This document shows positions 54,301 through 59,349 of a stretch of 64,000 nt of DNA, piece after piece. This DNA is from Rhina ancylostomus (taxonomy: Eukaryota), in contig JARFYF010000001.1 of assembly GCA_030265395.1 (NCBI GenBank), positions 46,742,427-46,806,426 on the forward strand, written 5' to 3'. The notes below the pieces were generated by a model. It did not search any database. It had not been told where the DNA came from and saw nothing but the letters and a program-made list of their open reading frames with translations. Each line of letters starts with the position of its first letter. The first letter of the stretch is position 1. The translations under genes were made by a program, and so were the position numbers.

Positions 54301-57300
54301 GATGTGCAGCAGTCCTCTCACCTCGTCGTTTGAAAGGCTTTGAAGGAGTTTCAACTGCACCTTCATACAGTTCGTCATCATCTTCACACTCCCAATCAAC
54401 CGATGAGCCACCTTCCTCTTCAGTTAGTTCCGATTCCCAATCTTCTTTGTCCCGTAATTCTTCTATTGATATTTCTTCTGATTCCACTTCATAGTCTTCT
54501 GATGATGATACTATTTCAGAAGGAACTTTCTTCATGTGCACCATTTCTTGCTCTTTTTCTGCTATACTCTCTTTGCCAGCTTTAAGGTGTGCAACATCCT
54601 TAGGAGTGAGTACTTTCTTTACAGGTATTTTCTGTGGCTTTTCTTCTGCTACAACTTCCTTTGAGGGAACCTTCTTCAATTCTATGTGATCCTTTTGATC
54701 TTCCAAAACAGGAATTTTTTCCTTCCCAGTTTTATGATATACTGTATCAGTCAAATCTCTAGGAGTCAGTACTTTCTTTATTGGTATTTTCTGTAGCTTT
54801 TCTTCCACAGCGACACCTTTTGAAGAGACCTTCTTCAACTCCTCATGACCTTTTTCTGTTTCTGACACTGGGCCTTTTCCTTTTTCAGTTTTAAGGTGTG
54901 GAACATCAGGTAAATCTCTTGGGGTCAATACTTTCTTCACAGGTATTTTCTGTAGCTTTTCTTCTACCACTATGTCTTCTGATGGGACTTTCTTCAGCTC
55001 CAAATGATCCTTTTGTTCTTCCTGTTCCTGTAAAACTGTGGATTTCTTTTTGTCAATTTTAGTACCTGCAATTGGTTTTTCTTCTTTAGAAACTGCCGTA
55101 AGCTTTTCAGACAGTTTGTCCATCTTTTGTGGTTCTTTTTCACCTAATGCTTTTCCTTTTAAAGGAATATTTTTCGGGAGGACTATTTCTTGTTCTTCTT
55201 TTGGAACAGGAACTTTCCCTTTACTAACCTTTAAAGGAATTTCATCTTTTTTTTCTTCAGAGGGAACCATTTTTTTTTCAGGTAATATCTTAGGAACACC
55301 GATCTCTCCTGCAGTGAATTCAGGAACTCTTTTTGATGGAGTTGTTTCTGAAACAATCTCCCTGGGTACTCCCTCAAATGGAAAAACTTCTATAACTTTG
55401 GATTTTCCTTCTTTAGGAGATAGTTCACTTCTTGGTTTGTGAATAATTTTGGGAAGGTCAGTTTTTGTGAGATAAGGATGTTCTGTTTTCTCCCCAACAG
55501 GCTGAGGAAGTGTACTACTTTTTCTCAATGTCACATAATTTTCTTCTTCTTCCTGTTCTACAGGTAATTTATCAGGCTTTGTCAGTGGAAAGATGTTCTC
55601 CTCCTCTGCACCAGGAACCTTAGCCTGCTTTATTGACTTTTTTTCCTTATCACCTATCTTCATAGGAACTGCTTTTGATTTGGTTACAAACACAGGCTTC
55701 TCCTTATTTTTGTCAGTTTTAGGAACAAGATCAACCTTTTCCACTGTTATTTGTTTCTCTATAATTTTTTCATCGATGTGCATTTCATTAAGTTTCTTTG
55801 ACACACTGTGTTTTTCTTCTAAAGCTTCTCTTTTAGGAATTATCTCAAGCTTTTTGAATTGCACTTTATCTGCTTCTTCCTCTTGTTTGGGGATGTAATC
55901 GAGTTTCTTTAGTGCAACTGGCTCTTTATCCACTTCCTTGGGTGGTACCCTACTATCTATTTTTGGTAATATTTTGCATGTTTCATCCTTTTCAAGGGAG
56001 ATTTTCTCTTTGTCTACTTTAGGAATCTCATCAACCAACTGTAAAACTATATCTCTTTTTGTTTCTATCTCTTCTAACATTATACCTGGTTTCTTTGGCA
56101 ATGTGTAATATTCATCAGTTTCAATTTCTTTAGGGCTTTCAGTAGATTTCCTGAGTTTTAACCCTGTTTCTTTGTCATCTTCTTTATGGGATCTCGCTTC
56201 TTCATCTTTCACTTTCTCAGGAACCTTACTACGTTTCTTCAATATTGAAATTTCTCTATCTTCTATTTCTTTTGGAATTTGGACTGTAGGTTTTAGTTTC
56301 AAAGATGGCTTGGATTGTTCTGCAGCTATAAAGGTTTCATATTCAATTTAGTGACAAATCAACAAAGACTTTTGCAATCCCCTAAAAGAACAGTCTAACA
56401 TCAAAACAAAACAAGTTATAGTCTCCAAACCACATTGGTGTTCACCAAATAAAAGCACACAGTGAAACTTTTCCATAGTCAACATAATTTTAAAATAAAC
56501 ACATTAACAGAAAGAATCACAAGACAAGTTACATAACTTGTAACTATTTTAGTAGACTGAAGAGACAAATTGATACAACTAGAACACAACATTTAGGATC
56601 CAGTGGAAATCTATAAATTTAAATTTCGTGCACAAATCTGAACAGAGAATGTACATTAATATATTACAGATTTAAATATTTTAAAATTTAAGCACAATAG
56701 AATTTGAGAAATTGTACCTTTAACAGGTTTCTTGACTGGCCCTGGTGTAGTGATGGGAAGTGTAGTAATAGGCACTTCTTCAGCTTCTGGCTCTTTGGAA
56801 ATAACATCAAAAGTTGTATTACCATGAAAGTTGAATCTTAAAATGCAATACTATATGGAGGTGTATCCCTTCTATTAACAATAATATTTAAAATATGTTT
56901 ACACTTAATCCAATTGGCTCAGTTACTAGAGTTTTGACAGAACTATTTTGACTTGCACTTCCCTTCTATCATTCCATGATTAGGAATTTAAACATATTGC
57001 ATGGTAGGTCAATTAAAAAGTAACTTTTTAAAAAAATATCCTTGGTCAATTGGAATACTTAATTATTTTCAGCTGTGGAGAAAGAATGACTTTCATTGCG
57101 GCCAGACAGCACAAATAAAAAAATAAAATTGGAAAAGTAAATCAAATTAAAGTCATATAGCTTATTAAATGTCTCCAATAACTAACTACTCCAAATTTTC
57201 AAAGTAGTAATCAAAGAGATTAGGGATTGAATTCCAATGTCAAAGCTATTATATAACATTTCCATTTATTATAAAATTTAATTACAAATTAGACTGTAAA

Positions 57301-59259
57301 AATGACTCCTGATGGTAAAATGAAAATGAGGTACAGTTGAGTTAATGAGTAACATAAAATGAAAAGCAAGCATTGTTAACTGAGCAATGAAATGAGGAAA
57401 TGCGATGAAATGTAGAAAGTTGCATGGATTTTGCACCAGTGACACAAGATGATGAGTGACACTCATTTGTGTACCTTCCTCTGATTCCAAATCTTGTTTC
57501 ACTGGAGCAGTGACTAGATCACCTGTAGGTTCAATCTTCTCAGCAACTGTAGTAACTTCAAAAAATATTTTTGTTCAAATGTTTAGTTTTTGTACAAATG
57601 ATCTAAATCACTGGCAATATTAACTAAAACTAACTGGACATATCTAACACTCAGTTATTAACAATGTTCCAAAAGTATTTTTGGTGCTTTTGGAACATTG
57701 TTAATAAAAGTCATCTGAATGGCCTTTTCTTAATTTTCCTTTAAAGATTTAATAAGCAACATTTGAGTGTTAATTATTTATATATTTTAAATATTCATAG
57801 ACAGGTAAAGATAATAGTTTAAATAATGACAAAGATATAACAACAAAAATTGAAAAATTATCCAAAAGATGACATTAATGTTCAATCTGATCTTAGTTGG
57901 GCAAGAAATAAGAAGCTTTCTGTACAGTCTTACCTCCTATGCAATCTTATCTAAATCTCCAGTCTTGGCCTATGTAAGCCAATGTTTAAATTATACTCTG
58001 GTAGCTGGTAGTATATCTTTACTGAGAGAGACTCTTCACCTAACAATCAGCAACAATTAGATAACTTCTATTTAGATAGTATGGGTTTTGTGAAATATTC
58101 CAAAAAATACTCCAAAAATTTGTAAACTTTTGTACTCCATAACAAATGTCACTAACGTGATGCAAACCAAGACAAGAAAGAACTAGTGTCACTAGAAAAC
58201 ATCTGAAATTTTTTGTTAACATTGTACTTAAAAATATTATAACAAGCGGGGTCTTGTAAAGAACCTTCATATTCATTTTCATTGATTGTGAGATGTAGCA
58301 GTTAATTTTAGACAGAATCTTCTAATAAGTTAACTCTATACCTTTTTGTGTAGTAATTTGCATCTTTATTGGAGGTGTAACTTCAATAAGTTTGTCATGT
58401 GCAATCTTCTTATCAGCATCAATAATTCTGCTGGGTAATATTTTCTTGTCAACTTCAACAGCTTCTTCATGTAAAATTTTCACAGTCGGCTCAACAACTT
58501 CATCATATAAAATTATCTCATCAGCTTCAACAGTTTCATATAAAAGCTCCTCATCAGTTTCAACTATTTCTTCAGGTGAAATTATCTTTTCCATCTGAAC
58601 AGTTTCTTCAAGTAATATCACCTCATCAGGGTCTGCAGTTTCTTCATGTAAAATGGATTCATCAACTTTGACCATTTCTTCAGTTAAAATGTTCTCATCA
58701 GTCTCAACAACCTCCTTGGTTAAAATAGTGTCATCAACTTGATCAGTTCCTTCATATGGAATCGCCTCATCAGACTCAATAATCTCTTCACCATAAATTA
58801 TTTTTTCAACTTCTGCAGTTTCTTCATGTAAAACCTTCTTGAAAGCTTCAGAGTTTGAAGAAAACATTTCATAATTTTAGTTCAAAGTTTAAAAGAATAT
58901 TGTTAAGATGAAAAGAGTATGAAGCAAACAAACCTTACCACATTAAATGAAACAATATTTTATTTTACAAAAATGGTTACAAATATCAAGACACAAAAAT
59001 AGACAAAACTGTCACAAGACAAATAAGAAGACAATAAGAAAGCAAGATCATGATATAAAAGGTTACAGCATGTAAATGGAACACACTGATTAATGGATGA
59101 AGTCCATGGCACATTGAGATTATCAACAGTAATACATGTGGTACGATTATGTAGATGAAGAAACTGTTACTTCAGTACCTTTTACTGCAATAACCTTGGT
59201 TTCTGCAAAGGTGATTGGAGCAACCTTTTCAGGCATGTGTTTCCTGGCAACTTCAGACA
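8..59259 (-). CDS. ttn: Titin (connectin), partial multi-exon gene: C-terminal PEVK, distal I-band Ig, I/A junction, D-zone
   Basis: 84 exons of Ig/FN3/PEVK sequence with GT(GC)-AG boundaries. Domain order Ig-FN3-FN3-Ig-FN3-FN3-FN3 and peptides are colinear with vertebrate titin. The gene extends beyond both window ends. Confidence 0.99.
400..681 (-). CDS. ttn: titin exon, Ig (~A29)
   Basis: 282 nt; DSGCYSLTVENEAG. Confidence 0.93.
784..1092 (-). CDS. ttn: titin exon, FN3 (contains N gap)
   Basis: YKFRIFAVNQAGES; splice sites. Confidence 0.9.
1191..1493 (-). CDS. ttn: titin exon, FN3
   Basis: 303 nt; YEFRVSAENEIG. Confidence 0.92.
1802..2101 (-). CDS. ttn: titin exon, FN3
   Basis: 300 nt; WKPPLDDGGS. 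Confidence 0.93.
2192..2473 (-). CDS. ttn: titin exon, Ig (~A25)
   Basis: 282 nt; GKPTPKVSWFKD. Confidence 0.93.
2549..2851 (-). CDS. ttn: titin exon, FN3
   Basis: 303 nt; WKPPKYDGGS. Confidence 0.93.
2952..3418 (-). CDS. ttn: titin exon, FN3 (assembly gap with duplicated flanks; true length 303 nt)
   Basis: Removing the 164-nt offset between the duplicated flanks gives an in-frame 303-nt exon. Confidence 0.88.
3514..3795 (-). CDS. ttn: titin exon, Ig (~A22)
   Basis: 282 nt; GKPAPEISWEK. Confidence 0.93.
3885..4035 (-). CDS. ttn: titin exon, FN3 C-half
   Basis: 151 nt; with 4364-4512 sums to 300. Confidence 0.9.
4364..4512 (-). CDS. ttn: titin exon, FN3 N-half
   Basis: 149 nt; PPGPPFPKVTDWTK. 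Confidence 0.9.
4604..5170 (-). mobile_element. 5'-truncated CR1 LINE (RT fragment plus 3' tail)
   Basis: YMDFSKAFDKVPH and SGVPQGSV motifs; 3' tail with TTCTA repeats; internal gap. Confidence 0.9.
5385..5699 (-). CDS. ttn: titin exon, FN3
   Basis: 315 nt; YQFRVFAINAAG. Confidence 0.93.
6010..6309 (-). CDS. ttn: titin exon, FN3
   Basis: 300 nt. Confidence 0.93.
6404..6700 (-). CDS. ttn: titin exon, Ig (~A18)
   Basis: 297 nt; DTGLYTLTATNNLG. Confidence 0.93.
6799..7116 (-). CDS. ttn: titin exon, FN3
   Basis: 318 nt. Confidence 0.93.
7209..7508 (-). CDS. ttn: titin exon, FN3
   Basis: 300 nt. Confidence 0.93.
7597..7726 (-). CDS. ttn: titin exon, Ig (~A15) C-part
   Basis: IESAGTKTAVVIPECSRNHSGRYNITAKNKAG. 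Confidence 0.9.
7838..7870 (-). CDS. ttn: titin 33-nt microexon inside Ig ~A15
   Basis: AG|DEVHNVPADAQ|GTAAT, phase 0-0; resembles human DGVHDIPEDAQ. Confidence 0.85.
8625..8812 (+). mobile_element. CR1-type 3' end fragment
   Basis: ggtgggctgaagggg...tctgtgctgtacatttctatg tail shared with the other CR1 ends here. Confidence 0.7.
10536..10684 (-). CDS. ttn: titin exon, Ig (~A15) N-part
   Basis: EPDITLEVGAQDFLSCHAGTALRIPAIVSGRPFPKINW. Confidence 0.9.
10771..11079 (-). CDS. ttn: titin exon, FN3
   Basis: 309 nt. Confidence 0.93.
11360..11789 (-). CDS. ttn: titin exon, FN3 C-part plus FN3
   Basis: 430 nt; in frame with 11899-12089. Confidence 0.92.
11899..12089 (-). CDS. ttn: titin exon, FN3 N-part
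   Basis: DKPSPPRNLKVSDVKAESCYLTW. Confidence 0.9.
12199..12507 (-). CDS. ttn: titin exon, Ig (~A11)
   Basis: 309 nt. Confidence 0.93.
12624..12923 (-). CDS. ttn: titin exon, FN3
   Basis: 300 nt. Confidence 0.93.
13008..13301 (-). CDS. ttn: titin exon, FN3
   Basis: 294 nt. Confidence 0.93.
13404..13691 (-). CDS. ttn: titin exon, Ig (~A8)
   Basis: 288 nt. Confidence 0.93.
13786..14082 (-). CDS. ttn: titin exon, FN3
   Basis: 297 nt. Confidence 0.92.
14182..14481 (-). CDS. ttn: titin exon, FN3
   Basis: 300 nt. Confidence 0.93.
14680..14982 (-). CDS. ttn: titin exon, FN3
   Basis: 303 nt. Confidence 0.93.
15106..15483 (-). CDS. ttn: titin exon, Ig with charged insert (~A4)
   Basis: 378 nt; PEEIKKR...EEEEPFSLSL insert. 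Confidence 0.93.
15643..15945 (-). CDS. ttn: titin exon, FN3
   Basis: 303 nt. Confidence 0.93.
16053..16352 (-). CDS. ttn: titin exon, FN3
   Basis: 300 nt. Confidence 0.92.
16469..16747 (-). CDS. ttn: titin exon, Ig (~A1)
   Basis: 279 nt; VPFRAVPVPTISW. Confidence 0.93.
16851..17156 (-). CDS. ttn: titin exon, FN3 (~I118)
   Basis: 306 nt. Confidence 0.93.
17251..17447 (-). CDS. ttn: titin exon, FN3 C-part
   Basis: 197 nt; with 17578-17683 sums to 303. Confidence 0.9.
17578..17683 (-). CDS. ttn: titin exon, FN3 N-part
   Basis: TPGPPYALTVVDVTKRHVELKW. Confidence 0.9.
17775..18074 (-). CDS. ttn: titin exon, FN3
   Basis: 300 nt. Confidence 0.93.
18167..18466 (-). CDS. ttn: titin exon, FN3
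   Basis: 300 nt. Confidence 0.93.
18719..18834 (-). CDS. ttn: titin exon, FN3 C-part
   Basis: 116 nt; LKGLTPKKKYKFRVLAENLAG. Confidence 0.9.
19215..20340 (-). mobile_element. degenerate CR1 ORF2 relic
   Basis: Decayed PGNYRPVSLTS-, HGF-, DFQKAF- and GVPQG-like motifs. Confidence 0.75.
20400..20804 (-). mobile_element. second CR1 RT relic (with gap)
   Basis: VFDMIPHKKLLHK and ADD-like motifs. Confidence 0.7.
20805..21156 (+). mobile_element. CR1 3' end
   Basis: DRVDSQNIFP...KTREYRFK; tail of ACTCTATG-like repeats. Confidence 0.85.
21270..21608 (-). mobile_element. Tigger-like (TcMar) MITE
   Basis: Both ends match the reverse complement of the element at 32957-33212; decayed TIRs. Confidence 0.55.
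22080..22266 (-). CDS. ttn: titin exon, FN3 N-part
   Basis: 187 nt; with 18719-18834 sums to 303. Confidence 0.9.
22382..22678 (-). CDS. ttn: titin exon, FN3 (~I113)
   Basis: 297 nt. Confidence 0.93.
22771..23058 (-). CDS. ttn: titin exon, Ig (~I112)
   Basis: 288 nt. Confidence 0.93.
23562..23683 (-). CDS. ttn: titin exon, FN3 C-part
   Basis: 122 nt. Confidence 0.9.
23768..23945 (-). CDS. ttn: titin exon, FN3 N-part
   Basis: 178 nt; with 23562-23683 sums to 300. Confidence 0.9.
24731..24878 (-). CDS. ttn: titin exon, FN3 C-part
   Basis: 148 nt. Confidence 0.9.
25469..25585 (+). mobile_element. Penelope-like terminal repeat with hammerhead-like motif
   Basis: agtt-CTGACGA-A-AAGTT/GACCT-GAAAT-GTT-aact followed by the shared cagat(g)ctgcctga... 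tail. Confidence 0.65.
25823..25974 (-). CDS. ttn: titin exon, FN3 N-part
   Basis: 152 nt; with 24731-24878 sums to 300. Confidence 0.9.
26803..27087 (-). CDS. ttn: titin exon, Ig (~I109)
   Basis: 285 nt. Confidence 0.93.
27200..27314 (-). CDS. ttn: titin exon, FN3 C-part
   Basis: 115 nt. Confidence 0.9.
27873..28060 (-). CDS. ttn: titin exon, FN3 N-part
   Basis: 188 nt; with 27200-27314 sums to 303. Confidence 0.9.
28148..28450 (-). CDS. ttn: titin exon, FN3
   Basis: 303 nt. Confidence 0.93.
28552..28851 (-). CDS. ttn: titin exon, FN3 (~I106)
   Basis: 300 nt. Confidence 0.93.
28939..29226 (-). CDS. ttn: titin exon, Ig (~I105)
   Basis: 288 nt; LPYDAYPRAEAQWFK. Confidence 0.92.
29345..29611 (-). 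CDS. ttn: titin exon, Ig (~I104)
   Basis: 267 nt; IPVEIIRPPQDIFEAPESDV. Confidence 0.92.
29700..29824 (-). CDS. ttn: titin exon, Ig C-part (GC donor)
   Basis: 125 nt; with 29915-30323 sums to 534 = 2x267. Confidence 0.88.
29915..30323 (-). CDS. ttn: titin exon, Ig plus Ig N-part (~I102-103)
   Basis: 409 nt. Confidence 0.92.
30409..30687 (-). CDS. ttn: titin exon, Ig (~I101)
   Basis: 279 nt. Confidence 0.93.
31335..31601 (-). CDS. ttn: titin exon, Ig (~I100)
   Basis: 267 nt. Confidence 0.93.
31694..31963 (-). CDS. ttn: titin exon, Ig (~I99)
   Basis: 270 nt. Confidence 0.93.
32052..32220 (-). CDS. ttn: titin exon, Ig (~I98) C-part
   Basis: 169 nt; VRWFKDG. Confidence 0.9.
32957..33212 (+). 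mobile_element. Tigger-like (TcMar) MITE
   Basis: TA-caggcagtcccccggttatg ... gcaacccagggagcacc decayed TIRs; second copy at 21270-21608. Confidence 0.55.
33795..33929 (+). mobile_element. Penelope-like terminal repeat with hammerhead-like motif
   Basis: ggtc-CTGAAGA-A-GGG/CCC-GAAAA-GTT-gact plus shared tail. Confidence 0.7.
33935..34152 (-). mobile_element. CR1 ORF2 fragment
   Basis: LEYCVQF(W/R)SP...RVQKRF motif on the minus strand. Confidence 0.75.
34611..34733. repeat. degenerate 22-23 bp minisatellite
   Basis: About 5.5 units of tgactacaagaccattgcaccat-like sequence. Confidence 0.7.
35120..35365 (+). mobile_element. CR1 3' region
   Basis: DLMEVYKIMRGIDRV...TRGHRFK...WNELPEEVVE. Confidence 0.85.
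35466..35542 (+). mobile_element. Penelope-like repeat tail (5' part lost in gap)
   Basis: Near-identical to the 3' part of 33795-33929. Confidence 0.65.
36374..36471 (-). CDS. ttn: titin exon, Ig (~I98) N-part (absent from ORF track)
   Basis: 98 nt PHVEFTKPLTDLEVKEKEVAKFVCEVSRESAK; 98+169=267. Confidence 0.92.
37070..37431 (+). mobile_element. possible L1/Tx1-type T-rich 3' UTR with A-rich tail
   Basis: T-rich tract ending aagattgaaaaaaaagaaagaa after a gap. Confidence 0.4.
37489..37818 (-). mobile_element. CR1 3' end
   Basis: Reverse complement of the CR1 tail (ggccgaagggcct..gtgctgta). Confidence 0.85.
38330..38568 (-). CDS. ttn: titin exon, Ig (~I97), gap inside
   Basis: PPAEFTKPLEDQTVEEEATATLECEV; expected 267 nt. 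Confidence 0.9.
38669..38792 (-). CDS. ttn: titin exon, Ig (~I96) C-part
   Basis: VVTRAEGRRHTFTLRDVQL; 124 nt. Confidence 0.9.
39736..39789 (-). other. candidate coding part of an internal (Cronos-like) first exon
   Basis: ACAATGG Kozak context, MDKKNLHHDFNSICVYLD, GTAAGT donor in phase 0 with exon 38669-38792. Confidence 0.4.
40185..40690 (+). mobile_element. degenerate CR1 3' region (gap-duplicated)
   Basis: IETYKIL.GLDRVD..MF / HNLKIR..FKTKMRRNLF. Confidence 0.8.
40998..41140 (-). CDS. ttn: titin exon, Ig (~I96) N-part
   Basis: 143 nt; RVISLLRPLKDVTVTAG. Confidence 0.9.
41526..41620 (+). mobile_element. Penelope-like terminal repeat, decayed hammerhead
   Basis: tTGATGA-A-GGGTC/GACTC-caaaa; atagatgctgcctgacccgctgagttcctcc. 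Confidence 0.65.
41800..41926 (-). CDS. ttn: titin exon, Ig (~I95) C-part
   Basis: 127 nt. Confidence 0.9.
42017..42156 (-). CDS. ttn: titin exon, Ig (~I95) N-part
   Basis: 140 nt. Confidence 0.9.
42328..42594 (-). CDS. ttn: titin exon, Ig (~I94)
   Basis: 267 nt. Confidence 0.93.
42698..42964 (-). CDS. ttn: titin exon, Ig (~I93)
   Basis: 267 nt. Confidence 0.93.
43056..43322 (-). CDS. ttn: titin exon, Ig (~I92), GC donor
   Basis: 267 nt only with the G|GCAAGT donor. Confidence 0.9.
43477..43603 (-). CDS. ttn: titin exon, Ig I91 (I27) C-part
   Basis: CEIIEDGKKHILTLYNC...GEVSFQAANAKSAA, the I27 signature. Confidence 0.92.
43851..43990 (-). CDS. ttn: titin exon, Ig I91 (I27) N-part
   Basis: RIIKVVRPLHGIEIFEGETARFEVEISE. 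Confidence 0.92.
44090..44353 (-). CDS. ttn: titin exon, Ig (~I90)
   Basis: 264 nt. Confidence 0.93.
44550..44816 (-). CDS. ttn: titin exon, Ig (~I89)
   Basis: 267 nt. Confidence 0.93.
44944..45257 (-). mobile_element. Penelope-like element relic: ORF C-terminus plus terminal repeat
   Basis: EEQYLFFHVGMLEPSGLKIEFCNFR* (GIY-YIG C-end like), then a CTGATGC...GACCT-AAAC repeat. Confidence 0.7.
45290..45498 (+). mobile_element. Penelope-like terminal repeat, inverted relative to 44944-45257
   Basis: CTAATGAAGGG...ttccacagatgttactggacctgctaagtg. Confidence 0.6.
45515..45860 (+). mobile_element. DeuSINE-like (SacSINE1/AmnSINE1-type) relic
   Basis: gcagacacttgagtgc, gagcaaggggg, ggccaatatttatc, gtttgtggga and acttcaataagtatttcattg blocks colinear with the Deu-domain consensus as recalled. 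Confidence 0.6.
46182..46448 (-). CDS. ttn: titin exon, Ig (~I88)
   Basis: 267 nt. Confidence 0.93.
46573..46700 (-). CDS. ttn: titin exon, Ig (~I87) C-part; acceptor lies in gap
   Basis: KSEGNKRFLVLHDVKLDQAGEV. Confidence 0.85.
46805..46941 (-). CDS. ttn: titin exon, Ig (~I87) N-part
   Basis: 137 nt; REIDILTELQSVEVYEKETATF. Confidence 0.9.
47900..48930 (+). mobile_element. degenerate non-LTR retrotransposon RT, Vingi/Ingi-like
   Basis: LNNGLPQGSILASTFFNV..YVNNLVLATQ; later LAYSVA-like block. Confidence 0.55.
49240..49700 (-). mobile_element. possible L2-type LINE 3' relic
   Basis: Purine-rich tract resembling the reverse complement of an L2 3' region; highly decayed. Confidence 0.35.
50535..51185 (+). 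mobile_element. CR1/L2-group LINE 3' part
   Basis: INMLGLTI..NCIRHITTV motif; tail caccaccaccttcttaaaggcagttagcgatggccaattaatgct. Confidence 0.7.
51339..51614 (-). CDS. ttn: titin exon, Ig (~I86)
   Basis: 276 nt; IAKDTPNIKWFKG. Confidence 0.93.
51754..52023 (-). CDS. ttn: titin exon, Ig (~I85)
   Basis: 270 nt; KGQPLYLTCEL. Confidence 0.93.
52278..52678 (-). CDS. ttn: titin exon, PEVK end plus Ig I84 (small gap)
   Basis: RKTPSP...QLKAVQLKFVKELQD...GSSAIFECLISPSTA. Confidence 0.92.
53621..53671 (-). CDS. ttn: titin 51-nt PEVK exon
   Basis: DAKAPADEAGKGRGLLR, phase 1-1; resembles human EAKAPKEEAAKPKG. Confidence 0.8.
54322..56325 (-). CDS. ttn: titin giant PEVK-like exon (2004 nt)
   Basis: Open K/E/P/V-rich frame, TAG acceptor, G|GTGAG donor, phase 1-1. 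Confidence 0.85.
54510..55020 (-). repeat. 159-bp (53-aa) coding tandem repeat x3 plus partial
   Basis: Equivalent positions at 54613, 54772, 54931. Confidence 0.85.
56718..56792 (-). CDS. ttn: titin 75-nt PEVK exon
   Basis: EPEAEEVPITTLPITTPGPVKKPVK, phase 1-1. Confidence 0.8.
57475..57555 (-). CDS. ttn: titin 81-nt PEVK exon
   Basis: VTTVAEKIEPTGDLVTAPVKQDLESEE, phase 1-1. Confidence 0.75.
57655..57707. repeat. perfect 21-bp inverted repeat
   Basis: ttattaacaatgttccaaaag-N11-cttttggaacattgttaataa. Confidence 0.9.
58342..58845 (-). CDS. ttn: titin acidic (polyE-type) PEVK exon with 12-aa repeats
   Basis: 504 nt, phase 1-1. Confidence 0.8.
59179..59259 (-). CDS. ttn: titin 81-nt PEVK exon
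   Basis: TTTAAAG acceptor; VSEVARKHMPEKVAPITFAETKVIAVK; G|GTAC donor. Confidence 0.78.
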
Positions 59260-59349
59260 CTTTAAAGACATTATTAGAACTGTTGTAAGCTACACTCAAG
59301 AATTTTCTTTTAACAGGAAAACATAACAGTAAAAATATGCCTTCTGAAA

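Noticed and set aside
504-55898. Many plus-strand ORFs of 60-134 aa
   Set aside because: Antisense shadows of titin exons or chance ORFs; no coherent protein.
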